64,000 bases of DNA from Escherichia coli (GTDB taxonomy: Bacteria; Pseudomonadota; Gammaproteobacteria; Enterobacterales; Enterobacteriaceae). A model generated the notes under the pieces. The model searched no databases and was not told the origin of the DNA. It was given only the letters and a program-made list of their open reading frames with translations. The stretch lies in NCBI RefSeq assembly GCF_051903065.1, contig NZ_CP178438.1; one strand, 5' to 3'. Numbering within the stretch: position 1 is the first letter of the stretch; the number at the start of each line of letters is the position of its first letter. This document shows positions 30,464-40,734 of this stretch, piece after piece. The translations under genes and the position numbers were made by a program.

Positions 30464-31180
30464 GTGGGACGTAAATGGGCCAATATTGTTGCTAAAAAAA
30501 CGGCTAAAGACGGTGCAACGTCTAAAATTTATGCAAAATTCGGTGTAGAAATCTATGCTGCTGCTAAACAAGGTGAACCCGATCCAGAATTAAACACATC
30601 TTTAAAATTCGTTATTGAACGTGCAAAACAGGCACAAGTTCCAAAGCACGTTATTGATAAAGCAATTGATAAAGCCAAAGGCGGCGGAGATGAAACATTC
30701 GTGCAGGGCCGTTATGAAGGCTTTGGCCCTAATGGCTCAATGATTATCGCCGAGACATTGACTTCAAATGTTAACCGTACGATTGCTAACGTTCGCACAA
30801 TTTTCAATAAAAAAGGCGGCAATATCGGAGCGGCAGGTTCTGTCAGCTATATGTTTGACAATACGGGTGTGATTGTATTTAAAGGATCAGACCCTGACCA
30901 TATTTTTGAAATTTTACTTGAAGCTGAAGTTGATGTTCGTGATGTGACTGAAGAAGAAGGTAACATTGTTATTTATACTGAACCTACTGACCTTCATAAA
31001 GGAATCGCGGCTCTAAAAGCAGCTGGAATCACTGAGTTCTCAACAACAGAATTAGAAATGATTGCTCAATCAGAAGTTGAGCTTTCCCCAGAAGATTTAG
31101 AAATCTTTGAAGGGCTTGTTGATGCCCTTGAAGATGACGACGATGTACAAAAAGTTTATCATAACGTCGCAAATCTCTAA
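30464..31180 (+). CDS. yeeN: YebC/PmpR-family transcriptional regulator YeeN
   Basis: 238 aa, GTG start with GAGGAG RBS; YebC-family N-terminus [11 protein letters not shown]; markedly AT-rich gene. Confidence 0.85.
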   Translation: MGRKWANIVAKKTAKDGATSKIYAKFGVEIYAAAKQGEPDPELNTSLKFVIERAKQAQVPKHVIDKAIDKAKGGGDETFVQGRYEGFGPNGSMIIAETLTSNVNRTIANVRTIFNKKGGNIGAAGSVSYMFDNTGVIVFKGSDPDHIFEILLEAEVDVRDVTEEEGNIVIYTEPTDLHKGIAALKAAGITEFSTTELEMIAQSEVELSPEDLEIFEGLVDALEDDDDVQKVYHNVANL

Positions 31181-31627
31181 TTATCTTTTAAAGAAATCTG
31201 TCTTTATGGCAGATTTCTTTAATCTCATATAATCCTTATAAAAAATATAATGTTCAACTCGTCATATTGCTTATAAAAATTCCCCCAGAGAAATAATATT
31301 TATTAAAATTCCAGGTCTTCTTTTTCTGATTACAGAAGGCAAGTGGTAATTACGTATAGTTTCCCGATAAAGACGCGACAGCAACATCCCGCATAAGGCA
31401 TTGTTCTCTTTATCTTTGTACGGTACTTCATGGAACAGAGATTTTGACCTTGCGAATCGTGATGTCTGTTGGGGAGGGCAATTTGCTCACTGAAGCGTGA
31501 GGCTCGATTAAGCGCACGAAACACAGATATCAAAAAACCCGGTCGCTTTCTACAAGGTAACCGGGTAAAAATAATTTTTATTTTTTAACTGCTCTGAGAC
31601 TCATAAAGATGCCTCAAAACTAAAATT

Positions 31628-31703
31628 TGGCTCCTCTGACTGGACTCGAACCAGTGACATACGGATTAACAGTCCGCCGTTCTACCGACTGAACTACAGA
31701 GGA
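31628..31703 (-). tRNA. asnW: tRNA-Asn (GUU)
   Basis: Reverse complement is identical to asnT. Upstream on the minus strand: TTGACA (rc of 31745-31750) and TAATAT (rc of 31722-31727). Confidence 0.95.
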
Positions 31704-31803
31704 ATCGTGAGAACGAGGCGAATATTAGCGATGCCCACCCACAATGTCAAAGCCTGTTTTTTAAATTTGAAATCGTTTGCTGAAATAATCTGCATTTTGT
31801 CGT

Positions 31804-33291
31804 TTATTCCGACACAACTGGCTTTTTCTCACACTTTTGCGGCTCGGATCGAGGGTATTTCCATAGCCAACGTCCAGTAACCATTCGCCAGTAAAACAGC
31901 ACGGCCCGCACAGCCCAGTCGGCAAACATTCCCATCCAGACACCAACCACACCCCAGCCAAGCATGATTCCCAGCACATAACCGACTACAACCCGACAAC
32001 CCCACATGCTCAACATAGAAACCCACATAGCGTAACGGGCGTCACGAGCCCCCTTAAATCCAGCGGGTAGCACCCATGAGGCGGACCAAATAGGCATAAA
32101 TAAAGCATTTAGCCAAATCAGAATCACAACGACATGTTTAACCTGTGGATCCTGGGTGTAAAACGATGCCATAACCCCGGCAAAGGGAGCCGTTAGCCAG
32201 GCGATGGCCGTTAATCCAAGAGTGGAAAGCCAGAACACATGCCGCAACTGAATCTCTGCTTGCGCTATCTGCCCTACCCCCAACCTTCGGCCTGTAATGA
32301 TCGTAGAAGCAGAGCCGAGCGCACTTCCGGGTAAGTTGATAAGAGCCGCAATTGAAAACGCGATAAAATTTCCGGCAATAACACTGGTCCCCATCCCGGC
32401 AACGAACATTTGGGTTAATAACCGACCACTGGTAAATAACACTGATTCGACACTCGCTGGAATACCAATCCCCATGACTTCCCAGATAATGCTAAAATTC
32501 AGCGGTTTAAAATAGCTCTTTAACGAAATCCTTAGCGCAGGATTAAAACCAATCGCCAGCACCCACAAAATTGCAACTGCGCCAATATAACGAGAAATGG
32601 TTAAACCCAACCCAGCCCCGACAAATCCCAGTCCCGGCCAGGAGAAAAGGCCGTAAATCAATATGCCGCTAATAATAATATTAAGAATATTCAGGCTACC
32701 GTTAATCAGTAGCGGTATTTTCGTATTCCCTGCACCACGAAGTGCCCCGCTACCAATTAGAGTGATGGCAGCTGCTGGATAACTGAGTACCGTCAGCTCC
32801 AGATAAGTCAACGCCAGTGCTTTAACTTCTGTCGTGGCATCACCCGCGACGAAATCAATAATTTGTTCGCCAAAATGATGAATAAGCGTTGCCAACAGTA
32901 CGGCAAACAACGTCATGATCACCAATGACTGCCGCGTCGCCACCCTCGCTCGTCGTCGATCCCGCTTACCGAGACTAAATGCCACAACGACAGTAGTACC
33001 AAGATCGATAGCAGCAAAAAAAGCCATAATGACCATATTGAAGCTGTCCGCCAATCCCACGCCGGCCATCGCATCTTTTCCCAGCCAGCTGACCAGAAAA
33101 GTGCTCAGGACACCCATCAACAGGACACAGGCATTCTCCATGAAGATAGGAACAGCAAGCGGGGTTATCTCGCGCCAGAACAACACTTTGTAGCTCTTGC
33201 GTTTAGCGTGCCAGCGAGTGCCGTGAACAACCTGGCGTAAAGCAGAGGAGATATTCAAAGCCGACCTTAATTGCAAAAAGTGAAACCACAT
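31804..33291 (-). CDS. yeeO: MATE-family efflux transporter YeeO
   Basis: 495 aa from ATG at 33289-33291 (MWFHFLQLRS...); 12 predicted TM helices. The track's ORF extends to a TTG at 33444 that abuts asnU, which is unlikely to be the true start. Confidence 0.8.
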   Translation of the reverse strand: MWFHFLQLRSALNISSALRQVVHGTRWHAKRKSYKVLFWREITPLAVPIFMENACVLLMGVLSTFLVSWLGKDAMAGVGLADSFNMVIMAFFAAIDLGTTVVVAFSLGKRDRRRARVATRQSLVIMTLFAVLLATLIHHFGEQIIDFVAGDATTEVKALALTYLELTVLSYPAAAITLIGSGALRGAGNTKIPLLINGSLNILNIIISGILIYGLFSWPGLGFVGAGLGLTISRYIGAVAILWVLAIGFNPALRISLKSYFKPLNFSIIWEVMGIGIPASVESVLFTSGRLLTQMFVAGMGTSVIAGNFIAFSIAALINLPGSALGSASTIITGRRLGVGQIAQAEIQLRHVFWLSTLGLTAIAWLTAPFAGVMASFYTQDPQVKHVVVILIWLNALFMPIWSASWVLPAGFKGARDARYAMWVSMLSMWGCRVVVGYVLGIMLGWGVVGVWMGMFADWAVRAVLFYWRMVTGRWLWKYPRSEPQKCEKKPVVSE

Positions 33292-33407
33292 TTCAAATAA
33301 TGAGGGAGAATCAGCAAAGCTGCAAAGATTTTCGCCAACAAATTGTCTGCAAATGCAACAAACTGTTGATAGAAACGGCAAACAGTTGGGGAATTTAAAA
33401 ATCGGGT

Positions 33408-33435
33408 TTGACAAAAGATTTTTCGCCGTTAAGAT
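33408..33435 (+). promoter_or_regulatory. sigma70 promoter of asnU (TTGACA-16bp-TAAGAT)
   Basis: -35 TTGACA 33408-33413, -10 TAAGAT 33430-33435, tRNA begins 33452. Confidence 0.55.
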
Positions 33436-33451
33436 GTGCCTCAACAGCGAT

Positions 33452-33527
33452 TCCTCTGTAGTTCAGTCGGTAGAACGGCGGACTGTTAATCCGTATGTCA
33501 CTGGTTCGAGTCCAGTCAGAGGAGCCA
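33452..33527 (+). tRNA. asnU: tRNA-Asn (GUU)
   Basis: Identical 76-nt sequence to asnT. Confidence 0.95.
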
Positions 33528-33536
33528 AATTTCTGA

Positions 33537-33564
33537 AAAGCCCGCTTTTATAGCGGGCTTTTTG
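33537..33564. terminator. Bidirectional terminator between asnU and cbl
   Basis: AAAGCCCGC-TTTTAT-AGCGGGCTTTTT. Confidence 0.65.
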
Positions 33565-34515
33565 CTATATCTGATAATCAATTTCCTCTTCACTGTTTTC
33601 CATCACCTGCCGCTTGATATCCTCAACTGAAAGTCCTGCATTACAAAGTTCCAGAAAGCGCCAGACATAGTTACGCTGAAGTTGTCCTCGCTTCAGTCCC
33701 AACCAGACAGTATTAGCATCAAAAAGATGCCGCGTATCCAGGCGGATTAAATTCTTTTCCTCTTGTTCACCGCTGGATTGTTCGGCAACTATTCCGATCC
33801 CAAGCCCAAGAGCAACATAGGTTTTAATGACATCAGAATCCTGCGCACTTAATACAATATCTGCCAGCAAACCTTTGCGGGCAAATGCGTCATCAATACG
33901 TGAGCGCCCCGTAATCCCCTGTCGGTAAGTGATTAACGGCCACTTCGCTATTGATTCCAGCGTCAATGGTGTAATTTGCGTCAAGGGATGATCGAGTGGA
34001 ACAAGCAAACTATGGTGCCAACGAAACCACGGGAAGGCGACGAGCTGCGGGTCATTACTCAAACGCTCGCTGGCGATACCAATATCAGCTTCACCATTAT
34101 GCAACAACGTCGCAATTTCCTGTGGCGTCCCCTGGATTAGCTCGAGCCGAACCTCCGGGAAAAGTTCGCGAAAAGCTTTAATGACCTCTGGCAAGCTATA
34201 ACGTGCCTGAGTATGCGTCGTTGCAATAGTGAGAACGCCAGACGTATCGTTGGTAAACAGGTCTGCAAGCCGACGAACATTACTGGCTTCATTGAGAATA
34301 CGTTCTGCAATGACCAGTAATGCTTTGCCCGGTTCAGTCATGCCCAGCAGTCGCTTACCTCGTCGAACAAATATTTCGATGCCAAGTTCATCCTCCAGTT
34401 CCCGAATATGACGGCTGACGCCTGACTGTGAGGTAAAAAGCATATTCGCAACCTCTGTCAGGTTGTAATCCTGACGTGCAGCCTCGCGGATTATCTTTAG
34501 TTGTTGGAAATTCAC
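33565..34515 (-). CDS. cbl: LysR-family regulator Cbl (sulfonate-sulfur utilisation)
   Basis: 316 aa; N-terminal HTH (MNFQQLKIIREAARQ...); CysB-like; synteny with nac. Confidence 0.85.
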   Translation of the reverse strand: MNFQQLKIIREAARQDYNLTEVANMLFTSQSGVSRHIRELEDELGIEIFVRRGKRLLGMTEPGKALLVIAERILNEASNVRRLADLFTNDTSGVLTIATTHTQARYSLPEVIKAFRELFPEVRLELIQGTPQEIATLLHNGEADIGIASERLSNDPQLVAFPWFRWHHSLLVPLDHPLTQITPLTLESIAKWPLITYRQGITGRSRIDDAFARKGLLADIVLSAQDSDVIKTYVALGLGIGIVAEQSSGEQEEKNLIRLDTRHLFDANTVWLGLKRGQLQRNYVWRFLELCNAGLSVEDIKRQVMENSEEEIDYQI

Positions 34516-34616
34516 GGTAAACTCCGGGCAGTTCAGATTTCCCGTTATTGTTAAAGTCTAATGCCCGGCATAACAAATAATAAAAACCCGCATCTTATTC
34601 CATCCCGATATAACGC

Positions 34617-35534
34617 TTAGCTCACCAATTGCCACTGCCTTTTTTCCATCACTGGAGAACTAATCACTGACATTAACAACTCTTTCACTGCCTGTGCCTG
34701 TGGTGACAAGTTCGCTCTGGCGGGTAAATTTAATGACAAAGAGAGACTCATGGAAGGAGTGGTAATGCGTGACATCCACCCGTTTACTGCGCCACATAAC
34801 GAACGCGCGGCCGATTCAGGTAATACTGCAACGCCCATGCCGCTGGCAATCGCTGCGGTAAGCGTGGCAATAGACTCAATTTCACCAATGACTTTTGCCG
34901 TGAGTCGCCGTAGGGAAAACGCCTCATCAACACGAAGTCTAACAGCGCTGTAATCACTGGGGAGAAAGAGGTTCATTTGTGCAATAGCATTAACATCAAC
35001 GCTTTGCCCCGGGCAATCTTGAGTTCCTACCAGGAAAAGATCTTCTTTCAGCAAAGCCTGACTGGATACCCCAGCCACAGGGGAATGCTCATAAATCACC
35101 GCCATATCGAGTTGGTGATTTATCAGTTTTTCGTTAAGCACTGCACCGCTATTTTCATGAAGATAGATAACGATCTCCGGGAATTCAGCGCGAACCGCCT
35201 GTAATAAGGGCATGGTGATGGATGACGCAGCGGTTCCTGGCGCAAAGCCAATCGAGACTTGCCCCGATAATGCCTGACCAACGTTATGCACCGCCAGTTG
35301 GGCCTGCTCACACTGACGTAAAATGGCCCGCGCATGGGTATAGAGAATTTTTCCGGCGTCTGTTGGCGTAACGCCCCGTTTTGTGCGAATCAAAAGTTGT
35401 TGATTTAACTCACCTTCCAGTGTGGCAACCTGCTGGCTGAGCGCTGGTTGTGCGATATGCAATACTTCAGCAGCCTGAGTCAGGCTACCAATATCTACAA
35501 TTTTTACGAAGTATTTCAGGCGTCTGAAGTTCAT
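34617..35534 (-). CDS. nac: Nitrogen assimilation control protein Nac (LysR family)
   Basis: 305 aa from MNFRRLKYFVKIVDIGSLTQAAEVLHIAQPALSQQV (ATG 35532-35534). Confidence 0.9.
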   Translation of the reverse strand: MNFRRLKYFVKIVDIGSLTQAAEVLHIAQPALSQQVATLEGELNQQLLIRTKRGVTPTDAGKILYTHARAILRQCEQAQLAVHNVGQALSGQVSIGFAPGTAASSITMPLLQAVRAEFPEIVIYLHENSGAVLNEKLINHQLDMAVIYEHSPVAGVSSQALLKEDLFLVGTQDCPGQSVDVNAIAQMNLFLPSDYSAVRLRVDEAFSLRRLTAKVIGEIESIATLTAAIASGMGVAVLPESAARSLCGAVNGWMSRITTPSMSLSLSLNLPARANLSPQAQAVKELLMSVISSPVMEKRQWQLVS

Positions 35535-35589
35535 GTTGCCTCCGGTTTTTAAGAATCGGCCCAAGTGCCGCCATTACTTACAACCAGAT

Positions 35590-35605
35590 TGCAAGATGCT
35601 TGCCA
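35590..35605 (-). promoter_or_regulatory. sigma54 (-24/-12) promoter of nac
   Basis: Minus strand reads TGGCAAGCATCTTGCA, matching TGGCAC-N5-TTGCA, about 55 bp upstream of the nac ATG. Confidence 0.6.
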
Positions 35606-35722
35606 GTTTTATTTTGGCGTTGATGTACAAGCTAACCAACTGTCAAATAAGAGATTATGATAGATTCGTCATTTGCTCCTTTAATCAGCTGTCGCGTTCC
35701 CCTGCCCTATAAAAGGAGGGTA

Positions 35723-35739
35723 TGCACCACGATGGTTCA
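35723..35739. promoter_or_regulatory. Candidate NtrC binding site upstream of the nac sigma54 promoter
   Basis: TGCACCACGATGGTTCA versus consensus TGCACCA-N3-TGGTGCA, about 125 bp upstream of the -24 element. Confidence 0.5.
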
Positions 35740-35860
35740 TTACCCAATAAGATTGAAAGCTCACCACTTTGTTGAAATTGACAGCAAACAAACAAAAAAA
35801 TGCATTTCACCCTTTGACATCACCATGCACTGCCATTAATATGCGCCCCGTTCACACGAT

Positions 35861-35936
35861 TCCTCTGTAGTTCAGTCGGTAGAACGGCGGACTGTTAATC
35901 CGTATGTCACTGGTTCGAGTCCAGTCAGAGGAGCCA
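35861..35936 (+). tRNA. asnV: tRNA-Asn (GUU)
   Basis: Identical 76-nt sequence; preceded by TTGACA (35814-35819), 17 bp, TAATAT (35837-35842). Confidence 0.95.
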
Positions 35937-35941
35937 AATTC

Positions 35942-35970
35942 AAAAAAGCCTGCTTTCTAGCAGGCTTTTT
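35942..35970. terminator. Bidirectional terminator between asnV and ldtA
   Basis: AAAAAAGCCTGC-TTTCTA-GCAGGCTTTTT. Confidence 0.65.
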
Positions 35971-35991
35971 GCTTTCTAATTACCAACGCTC

Positions 35992-36927
35992 TTAAAACAT
36001 CTGTCTTGAACCAGAACTAATTTGCACAGGCATTCCCGATCGACGTTGCAACGCAGCATTTGCGCGATTCACATCAACTTCTTGCCCGTTGATAAACGCC
36101 CGCAAAGATGGGGTTACCGGCAATGGCACTTTTCGGTCAGACTCATATTCTGCACGATTGCGCGACAACGGCTCATGAACTTCCAGCCAGTTCGAGCCAT
36201 CTGGTTCAGTGGTGTATTTTACTGGCTGGTCGATAATTTGCACACGCGTCCCAACAGGAACATTATCAAACAGATATTTGATATCGTCATTGCGCAGACG
36301 AATACAGCCCTGACTTACCCGAAGTCCAATACCAAAATTGGCATTGGTACCGTGGATGGCATACAACCTGCCAATATAAATCGCGTACAGCCCCATGGGA
36401 TTATCGGGCCCCGCAGGAACAAATGCGGGCAAACTCTCCCCTCGTTTCGCATATTCGCGCCGAGTGTTCGGCGTTGGCGTCCAGGTTGGAGCTTCTTGTT
36501 TACGTTCAACGGTAGTCACCCAGTTACGCGGGGTTTCTCGCCCAGCCTGGCCGATACCAATAGGAAAGACTTCCACAGTATTACTGTCTGGCGGGTAGTA
36601 ATAAAGACGCATCTCAGCGACGTTAACCACAATCCCTTTACGAACAGTGGCGGGCAAAATCAGTTGCTGCGGAATGGTGAGTTGTGAGCCGGACTTCGGC
36701 AAGAAAACATCAACGCCCGGGTTCGCTTCCAGCATGTTACTTAACCCTTGCCCGTATTGTGCGGCAAAAGTCTCCAGCGGCTGGGTATTGTGATCAGGAA
36801 CAGTTACAGTAAGCGACTGCCCCACTAAACGGCTACCCTCTGGAGGTAATGGATAAGTTACCGCCAGGCTAGTATGGCTGGCAAAAAGCAGAGCAAATGA
36901 GCAAAGAATATTTACACGACGCATCAT
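35992..36927 (-). CDS. ldtA: L,D-transpeptidase LdtA (ErfK)
   Basis: About 310 aa with signal peptide and YkuD-type catalytic region (...HGT...SQGCIRL...). Confidence 0.85.
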   Translation of the reverse strand: MMRRVNILCSFALLFASHTSLAVTYPLPPEGSRLVGQSLTVTVPDHNTQPLETFAAQYGQGLSNMLEANPGVDVFLPKSGSQLTIPQQLILPATVRKGIVVNVAEMRLYYYPPDSNTVEVFPIGIGQAGRETPRNWVTTVERKQEAPTWTPTPNTRREYAKRGESLPAFVPAGPDNPMGLYAIYIGRLYAIHGTNANFGIGLRVSQGCIRLRNDDIKYLFDNVPVGTRVQIIDQPVKYTTEPDGSNWLEVHEPLSRNRAEYESDRKVPLPVTPSLRAFINGQEVDVNRANAALQRRSGMPVQISSGSRQMF

Positions 36928-36988
36928 GTCCCTTTCCTATGTCGCGAAAGCTATCCGTTAAGTATAGCTTTTATCAGACTTTTCGTTT

Positions 36989-38068
36989 TTAACTGTTCAA
37001 ATCAGAAGTCGTATTCCCCGGTAGAACAATATTACTGGCAGCAAGTTCGCCCATGTTGTTATATATCGCACAGGCAGCTTCGATGATGGGCATCGCCAGA
37101 GCTGCGCCACTCCCCTCACCTAAACGCATCTCCATATCGAGATAAGGCTCCAGCCCCAAATGCGACAGCGCTATACGCGCCCCTTTTTCTGCCGACAGGT
37201 GAGAAGGAATGAGATACGGTTTGATTGCAGGAGACATCTGGCAGGCTGCGAGCGCAGCAGCATAAGAAAGAAATCCATCCAGCAACACGGGTAAACCGCA
37301 GGAAGCAGCGCCTAACATCACGCCAGCCATTCCGACCAAATCAAATCCACCCACTTTTGCCAGAACATCAACGCCATCCTGCGGATTTGGTTGATTCAAC
37401 GTAATCGCCCGGCGCACAACATCAATTTTATTAGCCAGTTTATCTGTCGGCAGGTTTGCGCCAATCCCAACCACTTCTTCAGGATCCCGGCCAGTGATTG
37501 TGCTGACTATTGCTGCTGCCGGTGTCGTGTTTGCCATCCCCAGTTCACCTACACCAAACAGCGTGACACCATTTTTTGCCAGCTCCCGCGTATAACATAT
37601 GACGTCCAAAAGCAACTTTTCAGCCTGACGGCGACTCATTGCCGGAGCTGAAGCAATATTGCCGCTACCTCGTGCGACACGCATGTTGATAAGTCCGGGG
37701 ATAGGCTCAGCACTATCAATACCAACATCAACTACGTGGACGTTAGCGCCCGCTTGTGCTGCCAGCACACACACGCCGGTTGTTCCGCGGGTCATATTTT
37801 CAGCCTGAATGGCTGTCACTTCTTTTGGGGAAATAGCGACCCCTTCCTCCCAGACGCCGTGATCGGCACACATAACCAGTACCGCTTTTTTGCCCACATG
37901 CGGTATGCCATTCAACCCCGGCATTCCCGCCAGTTGTATGGCAAGCGCCTCCAGCCTTCCCAGGCTACCAACAGGTTTGAGTAACCCGTCAATATGCCGT
38001 TGTGCACGCGACATAGCGGCAGGATCGATAGCAGGGATCGTATTCAGTAAATCGGCAAGTGTTTGCAT
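36989..38068 (-). CDS. cobT: Nicotinate-nucleotide--dimethylbenzimidazole phosphoribosyltransferase CobT
   Basis: 359 aa; recognised CobT sequence and synteny. Confidence 0.9.
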   Translation of the reverse strand: MQTLADLLNTIPAIDPAAMSRAQRHIDGLLKPVGSLGRLEALAIQLAGMPGLNGIPHVGKKAVLVMCADHGVWEEGVAISPKEVTAIQAENMTRGTTGVCVLAAQAGANVHVVDVGIDSAEPIPGLINMRVARGSGNIASAPAMSRRQAEKLLLDVICYTRELAKNGVTLFGVGELGMANTTPAAAIVSTITGRDPEEVVGIGANLPTDKLANKIDVVRRAITLNQPNPQDGVDVLAKVGGFDLVGMAGVMLGAASCGLPVLLDGFLSYAAALAACQMSPAIKPYLIPSHLSAEKGARIALSHLGLEPYLDMEMRLGEGSGAALAMPIIEAACAIYNNMGELAASNIVLPGNTTSDLNS

Positions 38069-38079
38069 GTCACGTCTCT

Positions 38080-38823
38080 TTATAGCAGTGCCAGCAGGAA
38101 GACCAGTTCACCAAGCTCTATAGCAGCTCCCAGCGTATCGCCGGTTTGCCCGCCCAGCGTACGTTTGAGAAGCTGACCGAGGATGAAAATCGCCACCATC
38201 GTCACCACCATAGCAGCCACACCATGCATACCCGGCAATAATACGGCAGCAAAAATAGCGGCTAAGCCGAGTGTGACGCAGGTTTGTCGCCCATCAATTT
38301 TGCCAATGAACACATTGCCAAGCCCTTCTTCCCGGGCATAACGATGACGATACATCAATAATGCGGCAGTCCCGCGGCTGACCGCACATGCTGCCGCCAG
38401 CGATGCAAGGATCGGTTCGCCACGCAGAGCCAACTCGCTTAACACCAGAATCTTTGCCAGTACAACAAAAATCAATGCCAGACCGCCGTGGGTGCCTAAA
38501 CGGCTATCACGCATGATTTCCAACATGCGATCGCGGCTACGTGCAGAAAATACACCATCACAGGTATCGGCGAGGCCGTCCAGGTGGAATCCCCCGGTCA
38601 TCAGCGCCAGCACAAGTACGCTAAACAGTGCCGCCAGTGGTACGCCACACCATGCCTGCAGCACCATGAAGACCAGCCCGCTAATCGCGCCAAGCAATAA
38701 TCCAATTAAAGGAAAAGTAATAATACCGCGAGAATAATGCTCGAAATCCAGTCCCTGGGACCAGCGACGCGGTACAGGCAGACGCGTAATAAATGAGAGC
38801 ATCGCCCAAAATAATTTACTCAT
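38080..38823 (-). CDS. cobS: Cobalamin (5'-phosphate) synthase CobS
   Basis: 247 aa from [11 protein letters not shown] (ATG 38821-38823), overlapping the cobU stop as ATGA; polytopic membrane protein. Confidence 0.9.
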   Translation of the reverse strand: MSKLFWAMLSFITRLPVPRRWSQGLDFEHYSRGIITFPLIGLLLGAISGLVFMVLQAWCGVPLAALFSVLVLALMTGGFHLDGLADTCDGVFSARSRDRMLEIMRDSRLGTHGGLALIFVVLAKILVLSELALRGEPILASLAAACAVSRGTAALLMYRHRYAREEGLGNVFIGKIDGRQTCVTLGLAAIFAAVLLPGMHGVAAMVVTMVAIFILGQLLKRTLGGQTGDTLGAAIELGELVFLLALL

Positions 38824-39365
38824 TTGATTTTTACTCCAATACCCGAAACCACCAGCCATACTTCATTAGCCGCAGCGGCCAGCTGCTGATTTACCCGCCC
38901 GGCAATATCACGAAAATGACGTGCCAGACGACTCTCCGGCACAATCCCCATTCCCACTTCGTTAGTCACTAATACAACCTTTGCGGGGCAACGTTGGCAG
39001 GCAGCAATCAACGACTGAATCTCAGCATTAATCGCCTGTTCCAGCGCCTGATAATCCCATTCATCAGGGTCTTTATCGCCGCCATAATCAAACAACAGAT
39101 TAGTCACCATTGTGGTAACGCATTCCAGCAACACAGCCTCATGCGGGTTAATGTCTGCATGAATTAATTGATCAAGATGTTGCCAGCGCTCCACTGTGTG
39201 CCAGTGCGCCGGGCGGCCTTGCCGATGATGTTCTATCCGTGCAGCCATCTCATCATCAAGGATTTGTGAGGTGGCGATATACAGAACCTGTGAAGAATCC
39301 CCAATAAGCGCCTCTGCATGGCGACTCTTCCCGCTCCGTGCGCCCCCCGTCACCAAAATCATCAT
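38820..39365 (-). CDS. cobU: Adenosylcobinamide kinase / adenosylcobinamide-phosphate guanylyltransferase CobU
   Basis: 181 aa; P-loop GGARSGKS at the N-terminus. Confidence 0.9.
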   Translation of the reverse strand: MMILVTGGARSGKSRHAEALIGDSSQVLYIATSQILDDEMAARIEHHRQGRPAHWHTVERWQHLDQLIHADINPHEAVLLECVTTMVTNLLFDYGGDKDPDEWDYQALEQAINAEIQSLIAACQRCPAKVVLVTNEVGMGIVPESRLARHFRDIAGRVNQQLAAAANEVWLVVSGIGVKIK

Positions 39366-39498
39366 ACCGACTCCTGATTCAATTGTATGATGGTATTCAT
39401 TGAACAGAACAATGGATCCCCCACCGTTGCTGACCGCAAAACATTTACGCGATTAATACTGCGCGTAATATAATTAAAAATCCAGCATTCTCAATCCA

Positions 39499-39858
39499 TT
39501 ACGAAAGAAGATGGCATTGTGGAATAGCCAGACTTCCTCGTGTTAACGTCCGACAAAATGCGTCATTGACAGCGGTTTCTCTGGAATGACAGATTTCATT
39601 CAGATAATGGATTAATGCTACAGCCCCACCAGCCGGACCAGTCAGTAAACGGGCATTGTGTTCTGCAATCAAAATTACCGTCGTTCCCTCAGAATGAGCG
39701 AGCCATTCTGGTACGGATATCTCGCTTTCAGCTGCTATCAATAGCTGCACTGAATAATCGCTATACGCATCTGATAATGATTGCACAGACCCACCGTTAA
39801 GAGGCTGGAAATCTTGCTGCCAGTCCTCACGGATAAAACCGCAGCCTCTACAGTGCAT
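39499..39858 (-). pseudogene. Orphan ORF immediately upstream of cobU; possible remnant of a lost cbi/cob gene (identity unverified)
   Basis: 119-aa ORF with no recognisable start context. It sits where Salmonella carries cbiP directly upstream of cobU. Confidence 0.3.
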
Positions 39859-40133
39859 TGTTGGTCAGTGCCTGCGAAGCAGACATTATCGCGCTGGTGC
39901 TTAATGCGGACGCACCGTGGTCACCTTTTTCGCCTGGCTTTATCTCGTCAATGAATCGTCCGATCATTGGAGTAGTCACCAAAGCAGATTTAGCCAGCAT
40001 GGAAGAAATATCTTTGGTGAAAGTTTGGTTACGGGAAGCTGGATCGCACAACGTGTTAGTAACCAGTGCGGTTAATAACAATAGAGTTGCAGAACTTTTT
40101 GCCTTGCTTCATACAGAAGATGTCTGTCGCTAA
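39858..40133 (+). pseudogene. C-terminal fragment of a EutP/PduV-family small GTPase (gene remnant)
   Basis: 91-aa ORF lacking the N-terminal P-loop but containing [11 protein letters not shown] (G4-like TKxD motif) in the arrangement seen in EutP/PduV proteins; no RBS. Confidence 0.4.
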
Positions 40134-40233
40134 TTTCGATAGGTTATCAGATGGGAATGATGACTGTGATACACAGAAAAGAATCAATGAGCAATGAGGG
40201 TTGCCGGGCAACCCTCATTGAATAAAACAGGAA

Positions 40234-40563
40234 TTACTTCGCTTCGCCGTTTTTCATTTCGCCCATAGCTTTCAGCTTCTTGGAGATATCGCGGCGTTCT
40301 TTGGAGAGCTCGGCATTTTTGATGATGTAATCGTCAACGCGATCTTCATAGTCACCTTTCATGCTAGCGATGATGCCCTGGATTGCTTCAACGCTCATCC
40401 CCGGCTTGATGTAATCACTCAGGTTGTCCAGCAACAGGACGCGCTTCTGGTTGTCACGGATCTTTTTCTCAACGTCCTGAATTTCACGTTGCAGTTTGTT
40501 CTTACGACGGAACAGACGAACAAATTCCAGTACGTCCTGGAATGAAGGCTTGGTAGTTTCCAT
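40234..40563 (-). CDS. yeeX: DUF496 protein YeeX
   Basis: 109 aa from [41 protein letters not shown]. Confidence 0.85.
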   Translation of the reverse strand: METTKPSFQDVLEFVRLFRRKNKLQREIQDVEKKIRDNQKRVLLLDNLSDYIKPGMSVEAIQGIIASMKGDYEDRVDDYIIKNAELSKERRDISKKLKAMGEMKNGEAK

Positions 40564-40734
40564 TTTTATACCCCTGATAATGTGAGAGTCGGATTCGTTT
40601 AAGCAACCGCTATTCGTTAGGGCCAACATTACTCATAGCTGCCGCAGATGACAATGCTTTTATCCCTTTTCACTATCATACCCTTTATCCTTGCTGAATC
40701 GAAGCAGCAGCAAGATGATTCTGAAGTTCAGGAA

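Noticed and set aside
33292-33444. TTG-initiated 51-codon N-terminal extension of yeeO
   Set aside because: It would place the yeeO start 8 bp from asnU with its promoter inside the tRNA gene; the ATG at 33291 gives a normal MATE N-terminus.
36022-36687. 221-aa plus-strand ORF
   Set aside because: Antisense within ldtA; no independent support.
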